Source: Bdellovibrionota bacterium
Lineage (GTDB): Bacteria > Bdellovibrionota_C > UBA2361
Reading direction: 5' to 3'
Assembly: GCA_044352465.1 (NCBI GenBank)
Contig: JBILDU010000033.1
Span: 1 to 28,958 of the forward strand
Length of the DNA stretch: 28,958 bases
Each line of letters begins with the position of its first letter. The stretch's first letter is position 1. Shown here piece after piece: positions 1-7,475 of the stretch. A program made the position numbers and the translations under genes. The notes under the pieces were generated by a model that was not told the origin of the DNA, did not search any database, and saw nothing but the letters and a program-made list of their open reading frames with translations.

Positions 1-333
1 AGCTGAACGCTGCGTTACCGAGAACACTCCGTTCGCCGATTGCTCAGCAAGCTCACCCAACCGTGAAAGAACGTTACCGATCTCGCCAAGCGCCGAGTCT
101 GCGATCGCAATCGTCGAGATACCGTCGTTCGCGTTACGGATAGCCACCGCGCCGACCCGTGCCTGCGCCCGAAGGTTATCCGCGATCGCGAGTCCCGCCG
201 CGTCGTCGCTCGCTCTATTGATACGTTGACCAGAGCTCAATCGCTCAAAGGTACGGCCCAAACCCTCGGTTGCGGTCGCAAGCCGGCGTTGAGCCTGAAG
301 GGATGAAATATTAGAACCAACTGTAACAGCCAT
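1..333 (-). CDS. fliC: Flagellin paralog, N-terminal 111 aa (runs off the window edge)
   Basis: Manual translation from ATG at 333 gives MAVTVGSNISSLQAQRRLA...ERLSSGQRINRASDDAAGLAIA...RNANDGIS, the flagellin N-terminal signature. AAGGAGG RBS upstream. 96/111 residues identical to the neighbouring flagellin by hand alignment. Absent from the ORF track because it is truncated. Confidence 0.97.
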   Translation of the reverse strand, partial: MAVTVGSNISSLQAQRRLATATEGLGRTFERLSSGQRINRASDDAAGLAIADNLRAQARVGAVAIRNANDGISTIAIADSALGEIGNVLSRLGELAEQSANGVFSVTQRSA

Positions 334-338
334 AACAA

Positions 339-414
339 CTCCTCCTTGAGGTCCCGCTTCATCACCTCTGTCATCCTTGAAGAGGCACGGTTCGAGGGCG
401 AGGCCCACGGACCG
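339..414 (-). promoter_or_regulatory. Structured flagellin leader with two AGGA-loop hairpins (putative CsrA sites; one is the SD)
   Basis: On the minus strand: CCTCT-TCA-AGGA-TGA-C-AGAGG (365-385), CTC-AAGGAG-GAG (339-350) and an upstream hairpin (388-414). The same layout occurs before the second flagellin. Confidence 0.7.
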
Positions 415-526
415 ATTCCACAGCGATAAAGAAAGACCGTACTAACTTTTAGGTTCCCCCCTGCGAGAGAGGGAACCGCAACATCGTCCATCGCGTCGAG
501 AACGAGTTCTCTCGGCGACAATAGTG

Positions 527-553
527 GTGACGGTGTTCGCCGGATAAAACTTA
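527..553 (-). promoter_or_regulatory. Putative sigma28 (FliA)-type promoter of the first flagellin
   Basis: Minus strand TAAG-N15-ACCGTCAC versus consensus TAAA-N15-GCCGATAA; about 190 nt upstream of the ATG, matching the position seen for the paralog. Confidence 0.6.
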
Positions 554-780
554 AGGTGAAAATTAAGGGGGGGGTGGGAAGGAGAAGATTTGAAATAGGT
601 TCGGAGGAGATTCAGGCACTTTGTTTGCCTAGAACCTGACCTCCCCCGAACCTTGAGAGAAGTAGCGAGGTACTAAATTTAGCACCCCTTACGGGTATTT
701 TTCCGAATCGTCGAGCTCGTCTAACAAGAAACCTAGCTACCGACGGAAGCGCCACCGAGAAGGTACGGTGCTTCCGCTCC

Positions 781-835
781 CCCCGTGTTGTGCCGCGGCT
801 TAGACCTGCAGGGACTAAGCCGGCGGCACACGGGG
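781..835. terminator. Long GC-rich hairpin just downstream of the flagellin stop (terminator or stability element)
   Basis: CCCCGTG..GTGCCGC.GGCTTAG / CTAAGCC.GCGGCAC.ACGGGG inverted repeat about 10 nt after the TAA; no U-tract. Confidence 0.5.
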
Positions 836-844
836 ATTTACCGC

Positions 845-1705
845 TTATCGAATCAGACTGAGCGCGAGGCTCGGCTGCTGGTTGGCCTGTGCCAACACCG
901 CAGAACCCGCCTGTTGCAAGATTCCGAGTCTGGTCAACTCGGCGGCCTCTCCGGCGACGTCGACGTCGCGGATTCGGCTTTCTGCAGCGAGGTAGTTCTC
1001 ACGCGCTACGGTGATGCTGTTAATCGCGACTTGGAGTCGTGATTCGGTCGCACCAAGCGTACCGCGAGTCGAGGCCAGTGAGCTAATCGCGTTGTTGATC
1101 GCATCGAGTGCAAGCCGCGACGCCGATTGTCCCTCAGAGATCGTCGACCCGTTAATCGAGTAGGTGAGCACCGAAGAGCCGGCCGTTGAGAGACCGAGCG
1201 CTTGGAGAGTCCCCTGCACGCCGTTGTACGAGATCTGCGAGAGCGAGCTCGAGTTAAATCCGACCTGGAGCACCAGGGCGTTACCACCCGAGAGGAGCTT
1301 CACGCCGTTGAACTCGGTTACGTTCGCAATACGCTCGATTTCGGACCCGAGAGCCACGAACTCGTTCGACAGCGCGGAACGTTGCTGAATCGAGAACACG
1401 CCGTTTGCTGATTGCTCAGCTAACTCAGCGAGACGCGATAGAACGTTACCGATCTCACCGAGCGCGGAGTCCGCGATGGCGATGGTCGAAATACCATCGT
1501 TCGCGTTACGCACTGCGACAGTCGCAACACGGCTCTGCGCGCGGAGGTTATCCGCGATCGCGAGACCGGCGGCGTCATCACTCGCTCGGTTGATACGCTG
1601 ACCGGAGCTCAAACGCTCGAAGGTTCGCGATAATGCATCGGTGGACAAGGCCAACGTGCGTTGAGCCTTGAGAGACGAAATGTTACTACCAACAGTAATA
1701 GCCAT
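845..1705 (-). CDS. fliC: Flagellin (286 aa, short form with a minimal variable region)
   Basis: N-terminal ERLSSGQRINRASDDAAGLAI and C-terminal AESRIRDVDVA..A.LTR..ILQQAG.AVLAQANQ.P..ALSL motifs; AAGGAGG RBS. Confidence 0.98.
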   Translation of the reverse strand: MAITVGSNISSLKAQRTLALSTDALSRTFERLSSGQRINRASDDAAGLAIADNLRAQSRVATVAVRNANDGISTIAIADSALGEIGNVLSRLAELAEQSANGVFSIQQRSALSNEFVALGSEIERIANVTEFNGVKLLSGGNALVLQVGFNSSSLSQISYNGVQGTLQALGLSTAGSSVLTYSINGSTISEGQSASRLALDAINNAISSLASTRGTLGATESRLQVAINSITVARENYLAAESRIRDVDVAGEAAELTRLGILQQAGSAVLAQANQQPSLALSLIR

Positions 1706-1708
1706 GGG

Positions 1709-1797
1709 TCTTCCTCCTTGAAAGAAATCCGGATGTCTTGGTCATTCCTTTGACCGACATGCAAAGCTCCGTGGCGTTAGGCTTGCGCCACGAACCG
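1709..1797 (-). promoter_or_regulatory. Structured flagellin leader with two AAGGA-loop hairpins (putative CsrA sites)
   Basis: On the minus strand: ATGTC-GGTCA-AAGGAA-TGACC-AA-GACAT (1733-1760), TCTTTC-AAGGAG-GAAGA (1709-1725) and an upstream CGTGGCG/CGCCACG hairpin. Confidence 0.72.
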
Positions 1798-1903
1798 AAT
1801 TTGTTTACCTGGCCGATGCAGCGTCAACATGGAGTGGGCACTCCATCTCTCAACCACCTCGACCACGCTTGAAAACTTCACGAACGCTAACTTCTAATGT
1901 GTC

Positions 1904-1930
1904 AGTACGGTGCAACGACGGAATCTCTTG
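1904..1930 (-). promoter_or_regulatory. Putative sigma28-type promoter of the second flagellin
   Basis: Minus strand CAAG-N15-ACCGTACT; same spacing, ACCGT core and distance to ATG as the 527-553 site. Confidence 0.6.
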
Positions 1931-2194
1931 AGAGAAATTTAGCGTCCTACCGTTAAGTTTTTTTATGCTCGGAAAACCTGAGGCACGTCAGCTCCTTAGC
2001 ACGCTCCGCGGGTATGCGTTATTACGCCGTCTTACCGTGAGCAGCGCGAAGAGAGACTCTCGTTCGATCAAACGGGGTGCCGTGCGCTTGAAATAAAGCA
2101 ATGATTGGACGACTCAAGGTCGCTAAGGGAAGCCAAGGAATGTTCTTTTGGTATTCTCACCCGATCGTCAGGAAGCGCTCGGTGAGCAGTTTTC

Positions 2195-2286
2195 GCTCGC
2201 TTTGCCTTTAAGCTTACCTTGCCTTTAAGCTCGCCTTGCCTTTTAGCTCGCCTTGCCTTTTAGCTCGCCTTGCCTTTAAGCTTATT
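2195..2286. repeat. 17-bp tandem repeat, 5 full copies plus a partial one
   Basis: Units from 2202: TTGCCTTTAAGCTTACC, TTGCCTTTAAGCTCGCC, TTGCCTTTTAGCTCGCC x2, TTGCCTTTAAGCTTATT; no spacers. Confidence 0.95.
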
Positions 2287-2330
2287 TGGCCCATCCTCAG
2301 ATGAGCCAAGCGGACGAAAAGACTTCAGCT

Positions 2331-3269
2331 ATGCCCCACCCTTTGTCGGTTTGTATCATCGCCCGGAACGACGCCGCTCGGATCGAAGGGTGCCTCAGGA
2401 GCGTCCAAGAGATCTCTCCAGAGGTCATCGTTGTTGACACCGGCTCCACTGACGCCACCGCACAGATCGCCGGTCGATGCGGCGCACGCGTCGAGCATTT
2501 TACCTGGTGCGACGATTTCTCGGCCGCCCGTAACTTCTCCCTCAAATCAGCGACCGGTGATTGGATCCTCGTACTCGATACCGATGAGGCGCTTGCGCCT
2601 GGACAGGCCTCTCTCCTCCAGGAGCTTACCGCTCGGACAAGCGAGTTCGGCTACCGCTGCCGCATCCGTAACGCGCTCCCCAACGGTGGTGAATTCATCT
2701 CACTTGGAACCCGACTCTTTCGAAACGAGCCCCGCATTCGCTTCGTCGGGAGGGTCCACGAGCAGATCGACCAAGCGCTTCATGACAGCGGACACCGCGC
2801 AAGCTTAAGCGAGGTGACGATCCTTCACTCCGGGTACGGCGTGGACGAATCCACAAATCGGGGTAAGGCGGCGCGCAACTTAAAAGGTCTCCTGCTCGAT
2901 CTCAAAGATGACCCCAACAATACTTTTGTTGCACTCAAGATCGGCCAGCTCTACATCACCTCCGGGGAGCCGGATCGTGCCGTTGAATACCTCCGTCGCG
3001 GTGTGTTGGCCTCTGACCCAGCGCTTGCAGCGGAGGGTTATAACTCGCTCGCTGGGATGCACGCGGCCCGTCACGAGTTTGAACCAGCGCTACGAGCGTG
3101 CGCTGAATCCATCGCGCGGGTACCGTACCAACGCATGGGATACGTGATCATCAGTCAGATACTCAACGCGATGGGCAGACTGCACGACGCCGAAGCACAG
3201 CTTGGGATAGCCCGCTCGATCACCGGACCATCGCACCTCTACTCCGACCTCCCGGCGATCCCAAGTTGA
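2331..3269 (+). CDS. Family 2 glycosyltransferase with C-terminal TPR repeats, likely flagellin-modifying (start could be 2301)
   Basis: LSVCIIARND, VVDTGSTDAT, W.DDFSAARN, DWILVLDTDE (DxD), RLFRN...F.GRVHEQ, ILHSGY motifs followed by TPR-like helices; divergent from the flagellins. Confidence 0.9.
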   Translation: MPHPLSVCIIARNDAARIEGCLRSVQEISPEVIVVDTGSTDATAQIAGRCGARVEHFTWCDDFSAARNFSLKSATGDWILVLDTDEALAPGQASLLQELTARTSEFGYRCRIRNALPNGGEFISLGTRLFRNEPRIRFVGRVHEQIDQALHDSGHRASLSEVTILHSGYGVDESTNRGKAARNLKGLLLDLKDDPNNTFVALKIGQLYITSGEPDRAVEYLRRGVLASDPALAAEGYNSLAGMHAARHEFEPALRACAESIARVPYQRMGYVIISQILNAMGRLHDAEAQLGIARSITGPSHLYSDLPAIPS

Positions 3270-3511
3270 CGTGGCGCGAAGCGAACAATCTGGGATAACT
3301 GTGTTCGAGCGCCCTCCGACGCTTCGATTATTCAATTTGTTAAACCTGTTAGGGATGGGCGCACCCCTCCCCAAGTCCTTAGCGGCTAACTAAAACAGCA
3401 CCGTGGGACTGACCAAAGAAGGGGCCCTGGACTTACCGGGCCTTAAACATACGACCGCCATCTCGCACCCCCTCCGGTTGCAGCTCCCCATAAGGTTCCG
3501 TATACTCGCCC

Positions 3512-3539
3512 TTGACGTTTCAAAGCTGCCAACTATATT
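3512..3539 (+). promoter_or_regulatory. Putative sigma70 promoter
   Basis: TTGACG-N16-TATATT about 45 nt upstream of the lipoprotein ATG. Confidence 0.55.
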
Positions 3540-3583
3540 TTTTGGCCAAACTCATCGAATCAACGCCGAATCGGAGTGCACGT

Positions 3584-3937
3584 ATGCGTAGAAATTTTCC
3601 CTATAAGACCCTCCTCATTCCCGCCCTCGTAGCGTTTTCGGTTGGCTGCTCGCAACCGCTCAGCAGCCGCGAGAAAGGTGTCCTGACCGGTGGCGCTCTG
3701 GGCTCAGGGCTTGGCGCAATCATCGGTAACCAGGTAGGAAGCACCGGTGCTGGTATCGCGATCGGTGGCGCCGCGGGCGCACTCGCGGGCGGTCTCATCG
3801 GCAACGAAAGCGATGTCCAAGAAAGCCGCACGGCCGAGCAAGACGAGCGTTTGCGTCGCCAAGAGCAGGAGCTCCGCCGTCAACGCCGTGAAATCGAGGC
3901 ACTCCGCCGCCAGCAAGATAAGGAAGCCGGCTACTAA
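3584..3937 (+). CDS. Glycine-zipper lipoprotein with C-terminal coiled coil
   Basis: GGAG RBS and ATG at 3584; signal peptide ending SVGC (lipobox); GGALGSGLGAIIG...GIAIGGAAGALAGGLIG zipper; R/E/Q-rich tail. Confidence 0.85.
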   Translation: MRRNFPYKTLLIPALVAFSVGCSQPLSSREKGVLTGGALGSGLGAIIGNQVGSTGAGIAIGGAAGALAGGLIGNESDVQESRTAEQDERLRRQEQELRRQRREIEALRRQQDKEAGY

Positions 3938-3999
3938 TAAAGCGGGCCGGGATTAAATAGTGCATAAGGCGGGTGGCCTGTCTGGCTGCATAGATTCTG

Positions 4000-4038
4000 G
4001 CAGTACAGTTTTTAGCAGTACAGTTTTTAGCAGTACAG
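4000..4038. repeat. 15-bp tandem repeat, about 2.6 copies
   Basis: GCAGTACAGTTTTTA GCAGTACAGTTTTTA GCAGTACAG. Confidence 0.9.
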
Positions 4039-4061
4039 AGACCGAAGCACAGCGCAGCTAG

Positions 4062-4180
4062 CTAGTGGTTCGACCATTAAATTCTTTCACCTGCAAGGTA
4101 ATAGAATTTATGCTCACCACTAGTCCTGAGTTAGTTTTTCACTCCGCGGGAGTGAAAAAACTTATTGGTCGAAGGACTAG
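4062..4180. repeat. Inverted pair of ~60-bp CTAG-bounded hairpin elements (MITE/REP-like)
   Basis: Unit A (4062-4123) reads CTAG-TGGT-TCGACCA...CTC-ACCA-CTAG. The reverse complement of unit B (4120-4180) reads CTAG-TCCT-TCGACCA...CTC-AGGA-CTAG. They share the central CTAG. Confidence 0.7.
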
Positions 4181-4268
4181 CTACGTTGAGTTGTAGCCAC
4201 GGCGATCTCAGTCGAAGTCAGCCAAACGGAATCCGCAAGCGGACAAGACATGAGAGCGAGCGAATAGC

Positions 4269-5522
4269 TTACGCCCGCCGGATTAACACCGCTCCTGCCA
4301 TCGCGCCAGCGGCGCACACGGAGATCACACCGGTGTTGAGGTTCGTCCGCTTTAACTCACGGGCAAGCGAGAGTACGAGCCTCCCTCCGGTCGCGGCGAA
4401 CGGGTGGCCGATCGCGATCGACCCTCCGTTGACGTTGATCTTCTCCTCCGGAATCGCACCGATTACTCTCGCCCCCGCGTACTTCGACCAGCCCCTCTCC
4501 CAGACTTCGAGGTTTGCCGCGACTTGAGCTCCGAACGCTTCGTGGATCTCAAACCGATCGATCTGATCAACGGTAAGATTATGGCGCGCGAGAAGCTCGG
4601 GCAACGCCACGGTCGGCGCCATCAGCAGACCGTCCCGCGGAGCTATCGCCGCGAAATGGATCCCCTCAATGAACCCCAGAATATCACGCCCTTGGCGCCG
4701 CGCCTCGCTCTCCGACATCAAACAAACGAGTGAGGCCCCATCCGTCAGCGCGCTGGAGTTCCCCGCGGTGAGCGTCCCCTTCCCGGAGCGATCAAATACC
4801 GGCGCAAGCTTCGCCAGCTTCTCCAGGCTCGTGTCCGCACGAACGAGATTATCGTGCTCAACCCCCGCGTACGGCGCTATCTCTGCAGCGAGGTAGCCCG
4901 ATTTTTGGGCCGCGGCAGCCCGTTGGTGGCTTCGAAATGCGATCTGATCCTGCACCTCCCGCTTAATCCCCAACTCCTGGGTCGTTATCTCGCAATGCTG
5001 CCCCATCGTTAAGCCGGTGCTCGGCTCTTTGGGGCTTGGCGGAATTGGGAGGGCGAACTTTGGTCGATACCGCGCGACTAGCTTTAACCGCTCGCCCACC
5101 GTACGAGCTCGACTGAGCGCCAGAAAGAGACGCTCAGCTTTCGGATGAAGGGTTAACGTAGGGCGCGACATCGACTCGCTTCCTCCCCCGATCCCGACCT
5201 TGATACGCTCACACCGAATACCATCGGTAAGCATCGACAACGCGACGAGACCGCTGATGCAATTGTTCGAGACGGCGTGCGCCGAAATCGTCTCGGGGAG
5301 CCCTGAGCGGAGCACCACCTCGCGGGCATAGTTTGGAGCACGCGGATCGAGGAGGACCGTCCCAAATACGAATTCATCGATCGACCTCGGGTCGAGCGCC
5401 ATCCGCTCCACCAGCGACTTTAACGTATGAACACCCAAATCGAGAAAGCTCGCTTCGGCGAACTTACCGCCAGCTCGCACAAACGGGGTACGACACCCCT
5501 CGACGATAGCAACACGTTGCAT
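4269..5522 (-). CDS. fadI: Acetyl-CoA C-acyltransferase (thiolase), FadI-like
   Basis: RTPF, NNCISG (catalytic Cys), GGSESMS, TAGNSSALTDGA, EIHEAF, NVNGGSIAIGHPFAATG and SVCAAG motifs. Confidence 0.9.
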   Translation of the reverse strand: MQRVAIVEGCRTPFVRAGGKFAEASFLDLGVHTLKSLVERMALDPRSIDEFVFGTVLLDPRAPNYAREVVLRSGLPETISAHAVSNNCISGLVALSMLTDGIRCERIKVGIGGGSESMSRPTLTLHPKAERLFLALSRARTVGERLKLVARYRPKFALPIPPSPKEPSTGLTMGQHCEITTQELGIKREVQDQIAFRSHQRAAAAQKSGYLAAEIAPYAGVEHDNLVRADTSLEKLAKLAPVFDRSGKGTLTAGNSSALTDGASLVCLMSESEARRQGRDILGFIEGIHFAAIAPRDGLLMAPTVALPELLARHNLTVDQIDRFEIHEAFGAQVAANLEVWERGWSKYAGARVIGAIPEEKINVNGGSIAIGHPFAATGGRLVLSLARELKRTNLNTGVISVCAAGAMAGAVLIRRA

Positions 5523-5668
5523 ACAAATTCCCCTGAAAACCGAACGTGTCGATCCTACACCGCGCGAAGAAGCCCTAAAAGGTCAAAGTTGCAGCCTCGT
5601 CACCGGACACGCGCGTCGCCCCACTTCGGCTCGCTAAGGAACGGCGGCAACAGCCCCGCCGACGAGAT

Positions 5669-5697
5669 AAAAAATGGCGGGGGAGGAGCCCCCGCCA
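5669..5697 (-). terminator. Intrinsic terminator after the radical-SAM-like gene
   Basis: Minus strand TGGCGGGGG-CTCCT-CCCCCGCCA followed by TTTTTT. Confidence 0.8.
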
Positions 5698-5736
5698 CCA
5701 AGGCTTACCAGGAGTGTTACATCACATCGAAAATCA

Positions 5737-6624
5737 CTACGCCGCGAACATCCGAAGCTGCCGGTCCCCCAGATTTTTAAAGTTCGGGGTCTTAAGCTTC
5801 TCCGGTGCCAGCGCCTCGACCGCATTGAGGACCGGTACCGCGGTGTCAGGCCGCAGAAAGTGGAACTTACGATCCTCCGCGAGTCTCTTCGCGAGCGTGG
5901 TCGCTCGAATCTGGCGCTCAACCCGATCGGTTCCATCGGTAATCGAGCGGACGTATATATAGTCACCGTTCTCCACGAGCATTTCGGCGAATCGGCCCGC
6001 ATCGCTCCGCCAATCGCCGTACGGAAGTACGGGATTAACCTGCAGGGTTACGGGAATTCCGAAGCGCCGAAGCGCCGTAGCTGCCTTGAGCCGTTCATCC
6101 ACTCGAGGCAAGCCCGGTGTATAGCGGGCCACCGATTCTTCGAGGCAGGTCTCAATCCCGATCGTGACCGCGGCGTGGTGACCAAGCTTCCGAAAGACCG
6201 GCATCGCGATAACGACGAGCGGCGAACGGGTCTGGACAATCAGCTTACCGGGGGTGTAGCGCTGAAAGAGCTCCAGAAACTTCATGCTCGCATCGAACTT
6301 CCCCGCGAAGGGGTGAAACGGATCGGTCGTCGTACCGAGATAAATCACCGCCGACCGGAGTACCCCCTGAGTTGAGAGCCGCATCAATTGGCGCTCGAGC
6401 TCAGCGAGCGGATTGTTTTTGTGTAAGACGTAGCGACTCCGCAGCCGCACAAGTTCGGAATCGTCCCGAATCCGTAGACTATAGAAATCACGAGGGTCTT
6501 GGTGTCCCTCGAGCTTGTGCTGCCCAAACGCAATCCCGTTCGAGAATGCGTCAACGGTGTACGTCAGCAGGGACGCATCACGCGAAACCTCATTTTTCAA
6601 GTTCATTTGTTCTTGGATGTCCAT
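5737..6624 (-). CDS. SPL/Rv2578c-family radical-SAM-fold protein lacking the CxxxCxxC motif
   Basis: IYLGTTTDPFHP, IVQTRSPLV, VTIGIET, RYTPG.P...RL.A...LR..GIPV...VNPVLP match the family pattern; only one Cys in 295 aa. Confidence 0.75.
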   Translation of the reverse strand: MDIQEQMNLKNEVSRDASLLTYTVDAFSNGIAFGQHKLEGHQDPRDFYSLRIRDDSELVRLRSRYVLHKNNPLAELERQLMRLSTQGVLRSAVIYLGTTTDPFHPFAGKFDASMKFLELFQRYTPGKLIVQTRSPLVVIAMPVFRKLGHHAAVTIGIETCLEESVARYTPGLPRVDERLKAATALRRFGIPVTLQVNPVLPYGDWRSDAGRFAEMLVENGDYIYVRSITDGTDRVERQIRATTLAKRLAEDRKFHFLRPDTAVPVLNAVEALAPEKLKTPNFKNLGDRQLRMFAA

Positions 6625-6648
6625 AACGTTTATTCCTGAGCTTAGAGT

Positions 6649-6727
6649 CTTCCGCTGTAACTACCGCTTCCGTCGCAACTACTACCTTCGTCGTAAGTAC
6701 CGCCTTCCCGACCGCTGTAATCACCGC
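6649..6727. repeat. Degenerate 18-bp tandem repeat, about 4 copies
   Basis: CTTCCGCTGTAACTACCG, CTTCCGTCGCAACTACTA, CCTTCGTCGTAAGTACCG, CCTTCC(CGACC)GCTGTAATCACCG. Confidence 0.75.
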
Positions 6728-6848
6728 CATCACCTGGTGCCCTCCCACCCAAAACTTTTTCAGTGGGGCGGCACGGCTAAGCTAGAAACTTCAACCTAGT
6801 TAAACTTATGACGCGGGATTCGCGAAAAAGGTTCAAACGACTTAAAGT

Positions 6849-6875
6849 TATTCGGCGCTCTACGGAAAAAGTTGA
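6849..6875 (-). promoter_or_regulatory. Putative sigma28 promoter upstream of the radical-SAM-like gene
   Basis: Minus strand TCAACTTT-N11-GCCGAATA versus extended consensus TAAAGTTT-N11-GCCGATAA. Confidence 0.55.
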
Positions 6876-6983
6876 CGACCTTCGGCTATTTTTTAGCGCT
6901 TTCGGGGACTTACTTATGTCCACCCCCACCCCCACACGCAGGCCGCACTCAAAAGCAAGCGCAACTGGCTGACCTCAAAGGGG

Positions 6984-7012
6984 TTTACTTCCCCTAAGCG
7001 GTGTTTCATACT
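6984..7012 (+). promoter_or_regulatory. Putative sigma70 promoter of trxA
   Basis: TTTACT-N17-CATACT. Confidence 0.5.
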
Positions 7013-7148
7013 GCCCTCTGTGGGATGGCTCCGAGGATTCTAAGTCCTTAAAAAGCTGCCAACCGCGGCTGCGCCGCCGACCCACGACCCGGCTTTGTAT
7101 CGTTTGTTAAGACGACATCCGGTCTGGCTTTATCATAGGGAGCAATCC

Positions 7149-7475
7149 ATGAGTGAGAACGTACGCGAGATTTCGGACACCGATTTTCAAACTCAGGTCC
7201 TCAAGGCCACTATCCCGACTTTAGTCGACTTCTGGGCGCCGTGGTGCGGTCCGTGCAAGAGCATCGCCCCGGTTCTCGAAGAGCTCGCCAAGGAATTCGC
7301 CGGCAAGATTCAGATCATGAAGCTGAACGTCGACGAGAATCCCCGGACACCGTCTCAGTACAACGTCCGTGGAATTCCAAATCTCGTCATCTTCAAAAAC
7401 GGAGAGGTCGTTGACCAGATCGTTGGTGCGGTGCCGAAGGATCAGCTCCAAGCTGCGCTGTCGAAGGCGATTTAG
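7149..7475 (+). CDS. trxA: Thioredoxin
   Basis: LVDFWAPWCGPCK active site, KLNVDENP, VRGIP; GGGAG RBS before ATG 7149; 108 aa. Confidence 0.97.
   Translation: MSENVREISDTDFQTQVLKATIPTLVDFWAPWCGPCKSIAPVLEELAKEFAGKIQIMKLNVDENPRTPSQYNVRGIPNLVIFKNGEVVDQIVGAVPKDQLQAALSKAI

Noticed and set aside
237..521. 94-aa ORF from the ORF track
   Set aside because: It overlaps the true flagellin start in another frame and spans its leader; no recognisable motifs.
2195..2286. CRISPR array
   Set aside because: The repeats are directly adjacent 17-mers with no spacers, and there are no cas genes.
5674..6375. 233-aa plus-strand ORF
   Set aside because: Antisense to the motif-bearing radical-SAM-like gene, and it starts inside that gene's terminator.
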